A stretch of 64,000 bases of DNA from Octopus sinensis (GCF_006345805.1 NC_043000.1:94550001-94614000); one strand, 5' to 3'; counted from the stretch's first letter, positions 26,580 to 40,055 are shown. Notes: generated from the sequence alone by a model not told the origin. Numbers and translations are program-made.

Positions 26580-26691
26580 AAAAGATTACCCGGAAGATGC
26601 CAGGTTTAATATGAAGAGAGAGGCGGGATCAAGGAAAGAATGGAAACACATTATTCCCATCAAAGTTCCGTACTTTTACTGCAAAACTCAA
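26580..26691 (+). CDS. Candidate exon (KDYPEDARFNMKREAGSRKEWKHIIPIKVPYFYCKTQ)
   Basis: TTTTATCAG acceptor, open frame, weak donor CAA|GTATAT; no recognised homology. Confidence 0.2.
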
Positions 26692-27458
26692 GTATATATA
26701 CTCAAACTTTCAATACACTTAACAAAGGAGAACAAGCTATCTTTTGATGAGGAACATCTATTGAGATATGCGAAGCGTACTGAGTCGATATGACTAACAG
26801 AAAATAACAATCCCGTTTCTGGTAGATTATTTAACATCATTACCTGAATAACAATGAAATTTAATTTCGCAGTTAAAGGGTTAAGGGGTAATAGATAAGT
26901 TTTATCAACCACAAAAGAACGAAAAAATATAATCGAATTAGGTATTATTTGATCGTATGCATTAATTCCATGCAGCTAAAATATCACCAAGACTATATAT
27001 TTCAACAATCAGCCGCTAAGTCATTCTAGCACGGATAGACAAATTTTATATTTTCCACTTCGCATAAAGTGATAGAGAAGCAGGCATTCTAGAATTCTAT
27101 ATAAACACTTCATTGTTTCATGTTTATTATCTGGCAATATTTGCATTCAATTTCAGAACCTGAAATGATTATCTTTCTGCTTAAATCAATCCAAGGTTCA
27201 TAAAATACTTATTACAAATATAATACGCTTTATGCCATCGATTATTCCATTGGACGGAAAATATTTTTATCTTGTAACATACCGCTAAAAAATAATCAAT
27301 ATTATTGGCTTTACTGGGGACGATATGTGTGTGTGTGTGTGTGTGTGCGTGTGTATGTGTATACCGATATGCATGTATGTATGAATCTATGTATGTAAGC
27401 ATGTGTGTGTGTACGTGCGTATAGATATAAATATCTGAATGTGTGTGTGTGCGCGCGC

Positions 27459-27489
<31 letters not shown>

Positions 27490-27584
27490 TCCGACAAACG
27501 GCAACGTGAAACTGAGTGACAGCTTTTGTTATATTTCTGCTGCTTTTAAATAACGATATATATATATATATGTATGTATGTATG

Positions 27585-27616
<32 letters not shown>

Positions 27617-27618
27617 TG

Positions 27619-27663
<45 letters not shown>

Positions 27664-27669
27664 CATATG

Positions 27670-27703
<34 letters not shown>

Positions 27704-27721
27704 ATGTGTGTGTTATGTATA

Positions 27722-27802
<81 letters not shown>

Positions 27803-28349
27803 TACATACATATATATACATATATATATATATGTATATATATATACATGGTAGTAAATTTGAATATTCTACATTATTATATTTCGTCTGCTGAGGCTGT
27901 ACACAAACACACACACAGATTCAAATTTACTACTATATTCTCATATTATTTACTTTGCTATTCACAATTAAAGGAGTCCAAGATCAAATTGTTATCTTTT
28001 CTTTACTTCTCAATATAATTCCAGCCCAGTCGCTCGAGTCATTTTTTTCAACTTTACTGTTTCCACTATTGTACACAGTAAGCTGCCATAAAAATTATAA
28101 TTCAATAATTTTGTTTATTCTATCACAATACCGACATTGTATTTGTTTTGTATTCAGTTAAGTTAGACCGAAAGCAACTTTCCCGTTATTTTTTTAGTTG
28201 CTTCTCCAGTATTGAAAATGAATGACAATAAAATACCAGGCATTAGCTATTCTACACTATCAGTTTTATATATTCAGCTTGGGTTTCAGGAAATAAATGT
28301 ATATTATCAACTTGCATTATTTTTCTTCACTTTCGTTTAACTTAGCAGT

Positions 28350-28395
28350 TGTCTCTCTCTTTCTCTGTCACTCTCTCTTTCTCTCTCTCTCCCCC

Positions 28396-28449
<54 letters not shown>

Positions 28450-28700
28450 GTATGTTTTATCTACCGCTCTCCCTTCCTCTTTCTCGTACTTTCTCTTTTT
28501 CTTGAATCAATCTTGCATCAAAAAGAGACCACCAAAACGGATTTCTTAACCATTCGGTCATATTACATTCACACTTTGTATACATATAAATATGAACAGA
28601 TATATATATATATATATATATATACGCACAGATAAAGTATAAATACATCCATATATACATATATGTAAATGCATACGTATACATGTGTATGCATAAATGC

Positions 28701-28767
<67 letters not shown>

Positions 28768-28834
28768 TAGATGGACGGACGGTCGGATAGAGAGACGGAT
28801 CGATGGGCAGACAGATAGCCTGATAGATTGATAT

Positions 28835-28921
<87 letters not shown>

Positions 28922-28972
28922 TACAGACAAATATATAGATAAATAGATAGATAGATAGATAGACAAACAGAC

Positions 28973-29031
<59 letters not shown>

Positions 29032-29260
29032 CAGATTGATTGACAGATAGACAGATAGATAGACAGATAGACAGGCAGACAGACAGACTGACAGATAGAT
29101 AGATAGATAGATAGATAGATACATACATACATACATACATACATACATACATACATACATACATACATGCATGCATACATACACACATACATAAATACAT
29201 ACATAAATACATACATACATACATATGCACATATGTATATGTATGTAAATATATGAAAAT
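28350..29260. repeat. Large compound microsatellite (CT, CTAT, TA, TAGA, GACA, TACA)
   Basis: Read directly; explains the 243-299 aa ORFs. Confidence 0.95.
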
Positions 29261-29579
29261 ATGAAAAGAAGGAAAATGCACACAAACATGCTGTAAAATT
29301 ATACATTTATGATATAAATATTCACACAGGCAACCGATTTTGCTTATGCTAATCATTTCTAAGAAGTTACATAATGTTATGATTTCACGCTATCATAAGG
29401 TTTCACCCTATGATCGTAGGAGAACAAATGTTTTGTAAATGAATCGGAAGGTAAACAAATTTTAGTGGTAGTAATAGAGATTTTTATTATTCAAATCAGA
29501 TTAGGTAATTTCTCTTTTATTTGGTAAATAAATTTACTATATATAGATGGAAAAGATATATATTTATGAATTAAAATAT

Positions 29580-30392
29580 CAACGTAGTTCAAAATTGATA
29601 TTTGTCAATAAATGTAGTCTGTTTATTTAACCTTTGGGGTGCAGAAGTGTTTCTTTGCAATGGTATATAGAGTATATTTTGAAGTTCGGTTGGAGATTCC
29701 CCGCACATCTGTCCATGTATTCGCTTAGTGGCATTTGTTTATATTCTCAGATACGGATTTGTTCTCAATGTAGTGTTGTTCACCCTCTGAGAAACATTGT
29801 TGTTTCCTATATAGTTGTAGCCATATCCCGAAAAGGTTATGACGTAGATTAAGCTAACGTTTGCATATGTAAGCTCAGTCTTAATTTTTAGTTTTTGTCT
29901 TTGTTTAAAATAGAATTCCGGGCCTTCATATAGGCTGGGACATGTTTCACAGTTAGGTCGCCCACATTTTTAATTCTTGATTCCGTCACTGTTGAGTATA
30001 ATTTTGCAGCTTTCAATAGTCTCTTTAGTGATTTGGCTGTTTTCGCTCGTAGTGATTTTATGTGAACAGAAAATCTGCATCATTTTAGGGTCTATATAAT
30101 ATTATATGCCGCATTGATTCTAGGGTAGTGGGCAGTTATATAGGTTAGTATTTATAAATCGGGATCGTTATTTCATTTTACTCCTCTTAGTATTTGGATA
30201 TCAATCTTGTTGGTACGATTTATCTCATCGTCTATTAGAGCCGGCAGATAAGGTCTCACAGTGAGTATCGTTTTAAGTTCATGAATTCAAAGGTTCCAGT
30301 TATTTTTATCAGACACTTCTGTGAAAATCCGTTGGCCTTAATTAAAAGGGATATTTGTTTTAATGTTTCGGGGGTGGAGGCATGAGCCCAAC
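29580..30392 (-). mobile_element. Penelope-like retroelement remnant: RT thumb, Cys-rich linker, GIY-YIG endonuclease
   Basis: SC.PP..IKTNIPFN..QRI..VSD...ELKTIL..R.Y...LID..I.R..KID; KSLKRLLKAAKL; KCGRPNCETCP (29941-29966); LIYVIT..G.G.NYIG (29805-29853). Confidence 0.85.
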
Positions 30393-30480
30393 AGTTGGTA
30401 TTGCGTCGAGTCTGTGGCTTGATAATACAACTTCTATATTTTAGTACGTTTCAATCGTGGGGGCACCTCCTTAAAGAATC

Positions 30481-30640
30481 TTAGTCGAACAAATCGAACC
30501 TATAACCTATGTTTTCAGCCTAGTAATTATTCTATCGGTCTCTGATACGAACCGCCAAGTCACGGGGACGTAAAAACACCAACATCAGTTGTCAAGCAGT
30601 GGTGGTCGACAAACTCAGGCTCAAAGACATACACACAAAC
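30481..30640 (-). mobile_element. SINE family B, 3' part, diverged
   Basis: TTCTATCGGTC..GAACCGCCAAGTCACGGGGACGTAAA. Confidence 0.65.
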
Positions 30641-30667
30641 ATTTATAGATATATACATATATGTGTA

Positions 30668-30733
<66 letters not shown>

Positions 30734-30888
30734 TATATACTTGTTGCGTGTGAGTTATGATTATATGCATATATACGTATATGTATATACTTGTTAATTG
30801 TATATTATATATATATATATCATTCAGGATTATTATTTTTATTATTATTATTATTATTCTATTATTATTATTATTATTATTATTATTA

Positions 30889-30919
<31 letters not shown>

Positions 30920-31306
30920 CATGTTATTATTATTATTATATTATTATTATTATTATTATTATTATTATCATCATCATCATCATTATTATTGTTATTGAAT
31001 TTAAATAAAAGCGATAATTTTAACGCATGCGTACACACACACACACCACACACACACACTATACATACACACATAACATGTCTATATATTTTGGGTATTC
31101 CAAACGTATCTTAATGTATTACTTATTGTCCTTTGTACACCCTGATGATTTTTCCATTCTAGCTATTTAAAATGCGAACTTGCATATTTATATATGTTTT
31201 CTAATTTTTATTTTGTTTATAAAATGAAACAATTGTTGGTGAATATAGTGATTAATTAATAAATAAATGTTTTTCTCTCTGATTTCTAACTTGATAATTA
31301 CGTATA

Positions 31307-31379
31307 TCTATAACATATAAATCCCGTTTTGTGTGTGTGTTTGAGTGTTTGTATGTACGTGTGGTGTGTGTGTGTGTGT

Positions 31380-31421
<42 letters not shown>

Positions 31422-31958
31422 GTGTAAAAAATTATAACGGCATCATTTTTCAACTGATTTTCTCCGAACTCGGAACTTACGTTACTTACGTTCCCCAGAT
31501 GGTTTTAGACTTAAAATCTTTCACGTGATGTGTAACGGGCCCCTTCAGCAAAATTTCAACAGTTCATTTCCCCGCTGATGTCTCCCATTGCAGCACCTTT
31601 CCGAAGTGTACCCATTTGCGTACAATATCTCCATTACACCTACATTCATTTGACTATTAACAATACAATGGGTCGTGTTAGACGCAGCGCCGACCGCCGC
31701 ACAGAGAGTATATCCACTGACAGATTTTCAGTGCGTTCAAAAATCACATCCACCCCACCCCCAATTTTCCCTGATAGTTGTGGGCCTGTTATCTTCCAAA
31801 TGGACGCATAACATGTCGCTTAGTCGAATTAACCCATCGTTAACTCCATAAATGATTTGTCGTCAATTTTGCACTTTCCGTATATGTTTCAACATAACTG
31901 TAATATACATACAAACTATTTCACTTTAAACCCGAGCAATGCCGGGTATCTCTGCTAG
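31307..31958 (+). mobile_element. Non-autonomous Helitron, full length
   Basis: a|TCTATAAC 5' end, (GT)n near 5' end, 3' hairpin CCCGAGCAATGCCGGG then CTAG|t; homologous to 39154-39500. Confidence 0.8.
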
Positions 31959-32020
31959 TATATGTGTGTTTGTGTGTGTGTGTGTGTGTGTTTGCACGTG
32001 TATTTGTGTGTGCGTGTAGG

Positions 32021-32061
<41 letters not shown>

Positions 32062-32390
32062 TATGAATATATGTGTATATATATTTGTATATGTGTATAT
32101 GTGTGTTTGTGTGCGTGTATGTAAATATATATATATATATATATATATTTGAAAGAATGAGCAGAGATGGGATTTTGAGAGCATAATTTTTATCTTAATA
32201 TTAATGATAATGAAATATTATCATATTATTATTATTATTATATTATTATTATTATTATTATATTATTATTATTATATATCATTTATTATTAAGATTAAAA
32301 TAAAAATTATTCCCTCAAAAATCCATCTCTGCTTATTCTTTCAAATATATATAATACTGTACCAAGAAATCCTCTTTATTATTTTACTAC

Positions 32391-32437
<47 letters not shown>

Positions 32438-32611
32438 TATTATAATAGTTAGGGAATGTAATAATCCAAGCTAACAGGGAAAAAATTTCAATTTAGCACA
32501 ACTAAATCAAAATTCTCAATATATTATAAGATATTTAATTAATTTCTATATGGTTATTATAGATAATATGTTTTCACTATTGATGGAATAATTAATAGCG
32601 GTTTGTCTCTA

Positions 32612-32669
<58 letters not shown>

Positions 32670-32695
32670 ATCCTCTCTTTATATATATATATAAT

Positions 32696-32860
32696 ATACG
32701 ACGGGCTTCTTTCATTTTCCGTCCAGCAAATCCACTCATAAAGCCTAGGTCAGCCGAGACTATAGTGGAAGACATTTGCCCTAAGTGTCACGCTGTGGGG
32801 CTGAACCCGAGACGATATTGTAAGGAAGCAACCTTCTTACCACATAGCCAGGCCTGCGCG
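32696..32860 (-). mobile_element. SINE family B, 5' half
   Basis: ACGACGGGCTTCTTTCA...CTTACCACATAGCCAGGCCTGCGC. Confidence 0.75.
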
Positions 32861-32885
32861 TATTGGTTATTGGCACTTTTATTAA

Positions 32886-33105
32886 CCCTTTAGCATTTAA
32901 GACAGTCATATCCGGCCGAAATATTCTATATGTTTAATGCGCAAACTATCGAGATTTGGCTTCTTACACGTACGCCATAACGTTATTCTAAAAATTATAG
33001 TCACATCATCGATATCTCAAGGCTATAAAATAATTGGATGATTTATTCAAAAAAATGTGAATTTACAAGTTTTAGATTTGACAAAGTAGTCTGAATACTA
33101 AAGGC
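32886..33105. mobile_element. piggyBac-type MITE
   Basis: TTAA|CCCTTTAGCATT ... AATACTAAAGGC|TTAA: TTAA on both sides, TIR 10/12. Confidence 0.65.
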
Positions 33106-33504
33106 TTAAAATATCAATCAATGGAACTTTGTCTTAGCTCATTACTTTTTTGTAAATTGGATGTTTGTATTTATATAACTGAGCAGTGTTTTAAATTCGA
33201 ATAGTTTATTAAAACTTTAAAAGATAAAACTGTCATCCAAATACCTTTTCTAGCACTCTCTTATATATCAGTAAGAGGGGTATCCAGTCTTTGCAGTGAT
33301 TCTTGATAAACAGTAAATTCTGAATACACTATTAGTAGGTTTTCAGACCATGGGGCTCCTTTTGCTCCCATCGCAATGCCACATACATGTCAGTAGCAAT
33401 TGGTATCAAGACCGAAATTGTTATTCTGGAGGATGAATTTTAAAGCTTCAGTTATAAACTCTTCATTGTAACGCCCTGCTAATTCTCCTGCTTAGTGTAT
33501 ATGA

Positions 33505-33930
33505 AAATGTGGTTGTATGATAAGAAGTTTACTTCCCAACCACATGGTTTGGGGTTCAGTCCCACTGTGTGGCACCTTAGATGGGCGTCTTCTACTATAG
33601 CCTCTGGTGGACCAAAGATTTGTGGGTGGAATTGGTAATCGGAGACTGAAAGAAGTATGTTGTATATGTGTGTGTCCTTGTGAATGTGTGTGTTTGTGTG
33701 TGTGTGTGTGGTGTGTGTGTGTGTGTGTGTATGTGTGTTTGTGTGTGTGTGCTTGTGTGTATGCTTTCCCACCACCATCGCTTGATAACCGGTGCAGATG
33801 TGTTTACGTCCCCTTAACGTAGCGGTTCGGCAAAAGGGGTTAGATTGATAGAATAAGTACCAGTCTTAAAAAATATAAGCACAGGGGTCAATACATTCGA
33901 CTAAAAATACTTCAAGGCAGTGCCCAAGTC
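33505..33930 (+). mobile_element. SINE family B, diverged, expanded (GT)n centre
   Basis: GGGTTCAGTCCCACTG B-box; GTCTTCTACTATAGCC; TAGCGGTTCGGCAAAAG. Confidence 0.8.
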
Positions 33931-33973
33931 TGAAAATGTAAAAGATAAAAGATAGAATATATATATATATATA

Positions 33974-34478
33974 CTAGCAGTATCGCCCGGCGTTGCTCGG
34001 GTTTGTAAGGGAAATAACTATATAAGCATTTTTAGAGAGTTACTTCCCTATAAATTCGGGCTTTCTTAGCCATTTTTGTTTTGGTGTTTCAAGCCATGAA
34101 GTCGTGTTCTAAAAGAACGCTGGTTTCCTTCACAACGCATTACGACGTTGATTTCTTTACACTCCCTTCCCCACAGCTTCACGAGGGAGGGAAGGGGGAG
34201 AAGCAAACAGGTGCAGCTGTGAGCGTGTGGACGCCAACTCCGCCGCCATCGACATATGATGCATTTTATGCATTAAAATGGAATAAAAAATGATGTTAAA
34301 TTATTTTTAAAATCGTAGACTCATCGTTGACGCGCGCTAATAGTCAGACGGGCTCGATATGAATCACGACTATAAGATACCCGAATTTGGTTAAACTGCA
34401 CCGCAAAATGTGGGAGGAGTTAGGAATCTAAATCGAAGGGGACAGACACTCACACAACTAGAGTTTTATATATATAGA
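33974..34478 (-). mobile_element. Non-autonomous Helitron, full length (505 bp)
   Basis: Minus: a|TCTATATATATAAAACT 5' end; 3' hairpin CCCGAGCAACGCCGGG then CTAG|t. Confidence 0.8.
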
Positions 34479-34579
34479 TATAAAGAGAGAGAGACAGACA
34501 GATAGAGAGAGAGACATATATGCATACACACATACGAACATACATATAGACATATATACATATAGATGTGTGTGTGTGT

Positions 34580-34622
<43 letters not shown>

Positions 34623-35036
34623 GTGCGTGTGTGCATATGGTTTCCAAATGTGCATGTAACAAACCATATCTGAAAAACTAGGTAATTTCGTTCGATATCC
34701 ATCAATTTGTTCATTTAGCAGCAGATTACAGTTTTGTATGACGACTATATTTTTTCTGCATTGTGAAAATAAATATCCAACATAATACTAAGTATTAGGC
34801 CACAAATTTATAAAGGGCTTGTATTGTCTATTGTAGTACTCTAATTGCATACCTAGCATTTATATTCGCGATCCAGGAAGTATGAAATATAAAGTCGACT
34901 TTGGTAAAATCTCTGGATTTAGTCTTACATAACTGAAAGAAATCGCTGAGATTATATTTCAACAATCTGTCGCCACACTGTTCTTGCTATTCATACTATT
35001 CCTGTACAGACATAGTCAACATTTTCTGCTTCACAG

Positions 35037-35080
35037 AGACAGATGGAGATGGCAAGAATCTTAGAATGCCATATAACAAG
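35037..35080 (+). CDS. Candidate 44-nt exon
   Basis: TTTTCTGCTTCACAG acceptor, AAG|GTATTA donor, two open frames. Confidence 0.22.
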
Positions 35081-35414
35081 GTATTATAGCAGGACGTTTG
35101 TTATCCAACGAGTTTGCATTGAATTCAAAATCTGGTAGGATTAACTTTATTTTCAAGCCATTCTGAAGTTCATGAAATTCGTATTAAAGTTATAGAAGGT
35201 TTTGTGGAATCAATTATCCTATCTTACATAAAACTTGGTGAAAGAAATCGATATTTATGGTATTGCTGGGGTTGGTGGGGAAAGAGAGAAACAGAAAGAG
35301 AGAGTAGACTCACTTGTACCATGAGGTAATGTACTTCGGTTTCTTTTCTTTTTGTGTTTTAGAATCTTTTTAATTTGCTTTCGGCATTGTATTAATACAT
35401 CCGATAATCTTTAG

Positions 35415-35503
35415 GCTGGGCGGTTCCAGTAGAATATCGTCTTGGATCTTCGAGAAGAGATTGCTAATTCTTCATTTAGATCGTCTATTTCTGAAGTTGC
35501 GCC
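35415..35503 (+). CDS. Candidate 89-nt exon
   Basis: CTTTAG acceptor, GCC|GTGAGT donor, GC-richer than flanks, one open frame. Confidence 0.2.
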
Positions 35504-35554
35504 GTGAGTGATTCCTCATGTCCCTTGTTACAGTGTAGTGACAAAGACAGAAGG

Positions 35555-35556
35555 GC

Positions 35557-35599
<43 letters not shown>

Positions 35600-35760
35600 A
35601 GAGTGGGAGTGGTGGACGGAGGAGGAGGAGGTGGCGGAGGAGGAGAAGGTGGTGGAAGAGCTGGAGAACGAGGAGGCGGCGGTGGTGGCGGTGGTGGGGG
35701 GGAGGAGGAGGAGGAGAAGAAGATGACGAAGAAGAACACGAAGAAAAGAAGAAGAAATGT
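35555..35760. repeat. Compound trinucleotide tract (TAG)n-(GGA/GGT/GGC)n-(GAA)n
   Basis: Read directly. Confidence 0.9.
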
Positions 35761-35939
35761 CTCAACATTTCAATTTGTTCTGTTATTTGTTCCAAAATAT
35801 TTTCATTTTTACCTCTTTCAGATTCACTTCATATATATCAAGAACAATATTAGTTTTTCTCCTTTATCAAGTGGATGAAAGGAATACCAGTAAAGAATTG
35901 GTTCTAGCCTATTTTTACTATTACATACAATCAGTTTCT

Positions 35940-36112
35940 ATTCAGGGTGCAAGTCGATTCCATCCGCGCCAGTATACAACTGGTACTTATTTTATTAACC
36001 CTGAAAGAATGAAAATTAAAGTCGACCTCAGAGGAATTTGAACACTGAAGTAAAGGTGGACGAAATACTGCTAAGCATTTTGCTCGGCATTTTGCTCTGC
36101 CTGTTCACTGCC
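35940..36112 (-). mobile_element. SINE family A, diverged
   Basis: ACTGGTACTTATTTTATT..AAAGTCGACCTC..GGAATTTGAAC. Confidence 0.7.
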
Positions 36113-36137
36113 TTCAGTTTATGAATATTAACAACGT

Positions 36138-36300
36138 GTATTTATTCTGTCTTTACTTTCGGAGTTCAAATTCCGCCGATGTCGACTTTGCCTTTCATCC
36201 TTTCGGCGTCGATAAATTGAGTACCTGTTAGGTACAGGGGTCGATCTAATCGACTGGCCTCTTCCCCAAAATTTCAGGCATTGTACCTTGAGTAGAAAAT
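36138..36300 (+). mobile_element. SINE family A, 5'-truncated, with 14-bp target-site duplication
   Basis: AATATTAACAACGT at 36124-36137 and 36301-36314 flanks the insert. Confidence 0.85.
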
Positions 36301-36465
36301 AATATTAACAACGTTTATCTCTGCTTCTGCGTGAATCAACTTACTTCAGTCGAACACAACGAAGAATGAAAATGTAATTTCATATCATTCTCCGACATTT
36401 GCACATCATACAGTCTAGTCCATACACAAATGCGGAATATTCTTAGTAAACTCATTTATTCACAG

Positions 36466-36513
36466 CTGGAATACACGACGAAGTCTCGCTTAAGAACATT
36501 CAGTTATCAGATG
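36466..36513 (+). CDS. Candidate 48-nt exon
   Basis: CTCATTTATTCACAG acceptor, ATG|GTAATC donor; open as GIHDEVSLKNIQLSD or LEYTTKSRLRTFSYQM. Confidence 0.25.
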
Positions 36514-37849
36514 GTAATCTAACGTCAAAATAGCCAGCCATTTAATTATTTTGACATTTAATTAGAGTCGTATATATTCTGATGGTGATGTGACTTGCTT
36601 AAGTCAGCACAAACATTCATTAATAGGTATAAAAATATATATGTATACAATCAATAATATATCTCTGAACGAGATGTAAACAGTAACTGCTCGACAACGT
36701 AAAGTATACTAGCCATCTCAATATGGCTAACCACTAAGGGTGGGTGTTACTGTAGCTTTTAGCCCCAGGAAATCATCGTCTCCAGCTGGCTTTAGGCATA
36801 CTTTCTGTGCCCTTATGGTATTTGCAAAGGGAGGTTATCCCTCTCTCGTCAACCTAAGTGATACGCACGGACTGCAGTTTCTAGATATTTGCCTGTCAGT
36901 TATACCTGCATACATGTATGTATATATGTATGTATATTTATACATACATACATGTCCACATATATAGACAGGCTAGTATTGATATACTAGTGATACACCG
37001 AAAGTAATCCAAAAGTGCGAATAAATTTCTTTTCTATTTTAAACATGGGTCATTGATGCTGCAGATGTAAGTAAAATAACTTTTCCTTCATATAAAAGTA
37101 CTACCCAACACAGCCTCCATCACAAGCGATGTATTTACACCCTCGTTGAAATCAGCTTCCGATTACTCTTTGAAATTGTCTGCATTGTCCACGGCCTGTT
37201 AACGATTCTGTCAGCTCGCCGCCTTAAGTTGTAAAATACATTAAAAGTATATTTTACTTAATGCAAACATTATCTAATATAGAATTCTATACAATGTTCA
37301 GGCTGGATAAATATGTTTATTATATCAAGTTAACATATTACTTCGTATTTCGATCCAGGCTGATCTGGGCTGGTCTGGGCTGTTCATGACAGTAGTAAAC
37401 AACCCCACCCTGAGTGAAACTGTCAGCTTTTGATATAATGAGCACACACACACACACATACACACACACAATTGCGATCACGCACGCACTCATACAATCA
37501 ATGATTAGAAGAAAGCAATCAGCGTGTAATCACAAAGTAAAACAGAGGAACTCAATACAATTATGGAATGGATATGTATTAAGCCGTACAAGCATAGTAG
37601 ATTAGCCATTTGTCAAGTACTATATGATATTGATACGGATTTTACGAATGGTACACGTGTAACAGTATATATATGAATCTCAGAGCTTTGTGTCATGTAC
37701 TCAAAAATGTGAGGTCGTTTCTGTTTTGTTATTTTCTTAAGTGATAGCGTGCCTTTCTTGTGGTATAGACAATTATATCTAACTATACCAGGATACATTC
37801 TGAGTGAATATTAGAATAGCCTTTAGAACCAATTTTTTCTTGTGTATTT

Positions 37850-38100
37850 TTTGTTTTGTTTTGTTTTTGATGACAAAATATTAGCTTTTCGCTCCAATGA
37901 TGCATAGTGTGCTTCATTGGACTCTGTTCAGTTGCATAGACTGCAATTTTGATTTTCCGACCCATGCTTTTTCTCGACAAAGTGTCTCTTCTCTTCTATG
38001 TCTAAATGAAGTGGTAATATTAGCATTACTTCTTGAATTGTCCTTCGGTCAATTTTCAGTCAATTGTCCTTCGATATATTTTTCTCCTTGACCGTTGTTC
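37850..38100 (-). mobile_element. Possible ancient L1/Tx1-type LINE C-terminal remnant
   Basis: Frameshifted REK.HGSENQNCSLCN*TES.EH resembles the CCHC knuckle region; weak. Confidence 0.25.
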
Positions 38101-38573
38101 TGTTGTTTTTAAAGCTTATTTATGTTTCATATACAGTATATATTAACCTATTATATAATTCAATATGTAATGACACAAATACACAGATATATATATATAT
38201 ATATATAAGAATGAATGTTTTTATATATAATGAACGTGAAATACAGGAAGGGACGAACACGGAACACAGCAAATCATTCGAAGCCTTCAATCTTCAGTCA
38301 GACACCGAATCATCATAGCAAATTTCGGCTGTTCAATTCTGATATTTGCTCCAACTCGGCCAGCCCCAAGAAAAAAAACTAAGCTGTAAGCATTAGATTT
38401 CTTGGTAGAAGACAGGAATGTGAACGCACAAGACGGATGTGAATACAAGAGACGAAAACGAAATTGAAAACAGTAATGAAAAAACAAAACATATATAACG
38501 GTAGTTGTCATACGACTTAGACCAAATGGAGACAAAACAACAACAACATAGCAGCTGGCGTAGAAATAATTAC

Positions 38574-38860
38574 CGTTTCGGTAGCGGGGACACATGTTGG
38601 TCGAGATACGAAGGCCAACAGAATGGTTGAAGAAGCAGCAGGTCGCAGGAGAGAGAGAAAGAGAGACAGAGAGAGAGGAATCAAAGAGGTGGAAGGCAGG
38701 GGACAGAATCAGTGACCAAGAGAGAAGGAGAAAGAAGGATTAAGGAGGATGGGAGGAAGAGAGGGGAAGAATCGGAGGGCGCCAAAAAGTTTGGTGAAGT
38801 AGCAATGGCGGGTAGTAAAAGACAGTGTGTATAGAAGTCGTGCAGGGTTTAAAATTGGAC
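38574..38860 (-). promoter_or_regulatory. Candidate promoter and first exon on minus strand
   Basis: CCAAT (38854-58), YY1-like CCGCCATT (38804-11), E2F-like TTTGGCGC (38779-86), CT-rich leader, ATG at 38595, MCPRYRNG|GTAATT donor. Confidence 0.3.
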
Positions 38861-39079
38861 AAACAAATATATATATAATATATTATATATAGTATATATA
38901 TATATATTATATATATATATATAGATATATATATACATTATATAATATTATATCTATATATATATATATCTATATATATATGTGTGTATATACATATATA
39001 TATACTATATATATATATATATATTATATATATAATATATATATGTATATATATTTGCATATATATATATATGTATATA

Positions 39080-39128
<49 letters not shown>

Positions 39129-39153
39129 TATATATAATATATATATATATCAA

Positions 39154-39500
39154 CTAGCAGAGATTCCCGGCATACCTAGGGATTAAAGTGAAATAGTTTG
39201 TATATATATATATATATTACAGTTATGTCGAAACACTTGGTATGGAAAGTGCAGCATTGACGACAAACCATTTATGGAGTAAAAGATGGGTTAATTCGAC
39301 TAAGCGACATGTTATGCGAAGTGGAGGTGTATGTGATTTTTGAACGCACTGAAAAGCTGTCTGTGGATATACTCACCTTTGCGGCAGTCGAATGATTGTA
39401 GGTATAATGCAGACCTTTTACGTAAATGGGTACACTCTAGAAAGGGGCTGCAATGGGAGACAGCAACGGGGAAATGAACTGTTGAAACGTTGCAGAAGGT
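39154..39500 (-). mobile_element. Non-autonomous Helitron, 3' part (same family as 31307-31958)
   Basis: CTAG end at 39154-57, hairpin, about 350 bp colinear with 31560-31958. Confidence 0.75.
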
Positions 39501-39730
39501 GAAGGGTTGACATTGAATTGCTGGTATGGCTGTTGAATAAGAAACATAAACTGAGTCACAAGAGAATATGTAGTAATGAATTACTTGAAAAAATAAGGCA
39601 TAATGGCTTACCGCGTGGTTGGTAGGAGTAACTGGAAAATATGCTATGATATTCAAGTGAAATAGTTGAAACTACACCTTTGTAAATTTACTATTGTCAT
39701 TAACTAATAATCAATATTAGGAACGTGTAA

Positions 39731-39845
39731 AGCGACAAGCTGACGGATTCGTTAATTTGCCGGGCAAAAATGCTTAGCGTCTTAGCGTTCTGAGTTCAAA
39801 TTTCGCCGAGCCTAGCGTGCTAACGATTCTAGCAGCTCACCGCCC
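39731..39845. mobile_element. Two SINE-A heads fused in opposite orientation
   Basis: Plus head 39731-39810 (to B-box) joined to minus head tip 39811-39845. Confidence 0.6.
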
Positions 39846-39857
39846 TAGCAATAATCA

Positions 39858-40055
39858 TAATCTTTTCTACTATAGGCCAAATCCTGGATTTGTGGGGAGG
39901 TGACAGTCGATTACATCGATCCTATTTAAGTTATCGACTCCGAAAGGAGGAAAGGCAAAGTCGACCTCGGCGGAATTTGAAACAGAATGTAGAGACGGGC
40001 GAAATACTGTTAAGCATTTCATCCACTTTGCTAACGATTCTGCCAGCTCGCTGCC
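39858..40055 (-). mobile_element. SINE family A, near full length
   Basis: GAAAGGCAAAGTCGACCTCGGCGGAATTTGAA...ACGATTCTGCCAGCTCGCTGCC. Confidence 0.85.
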
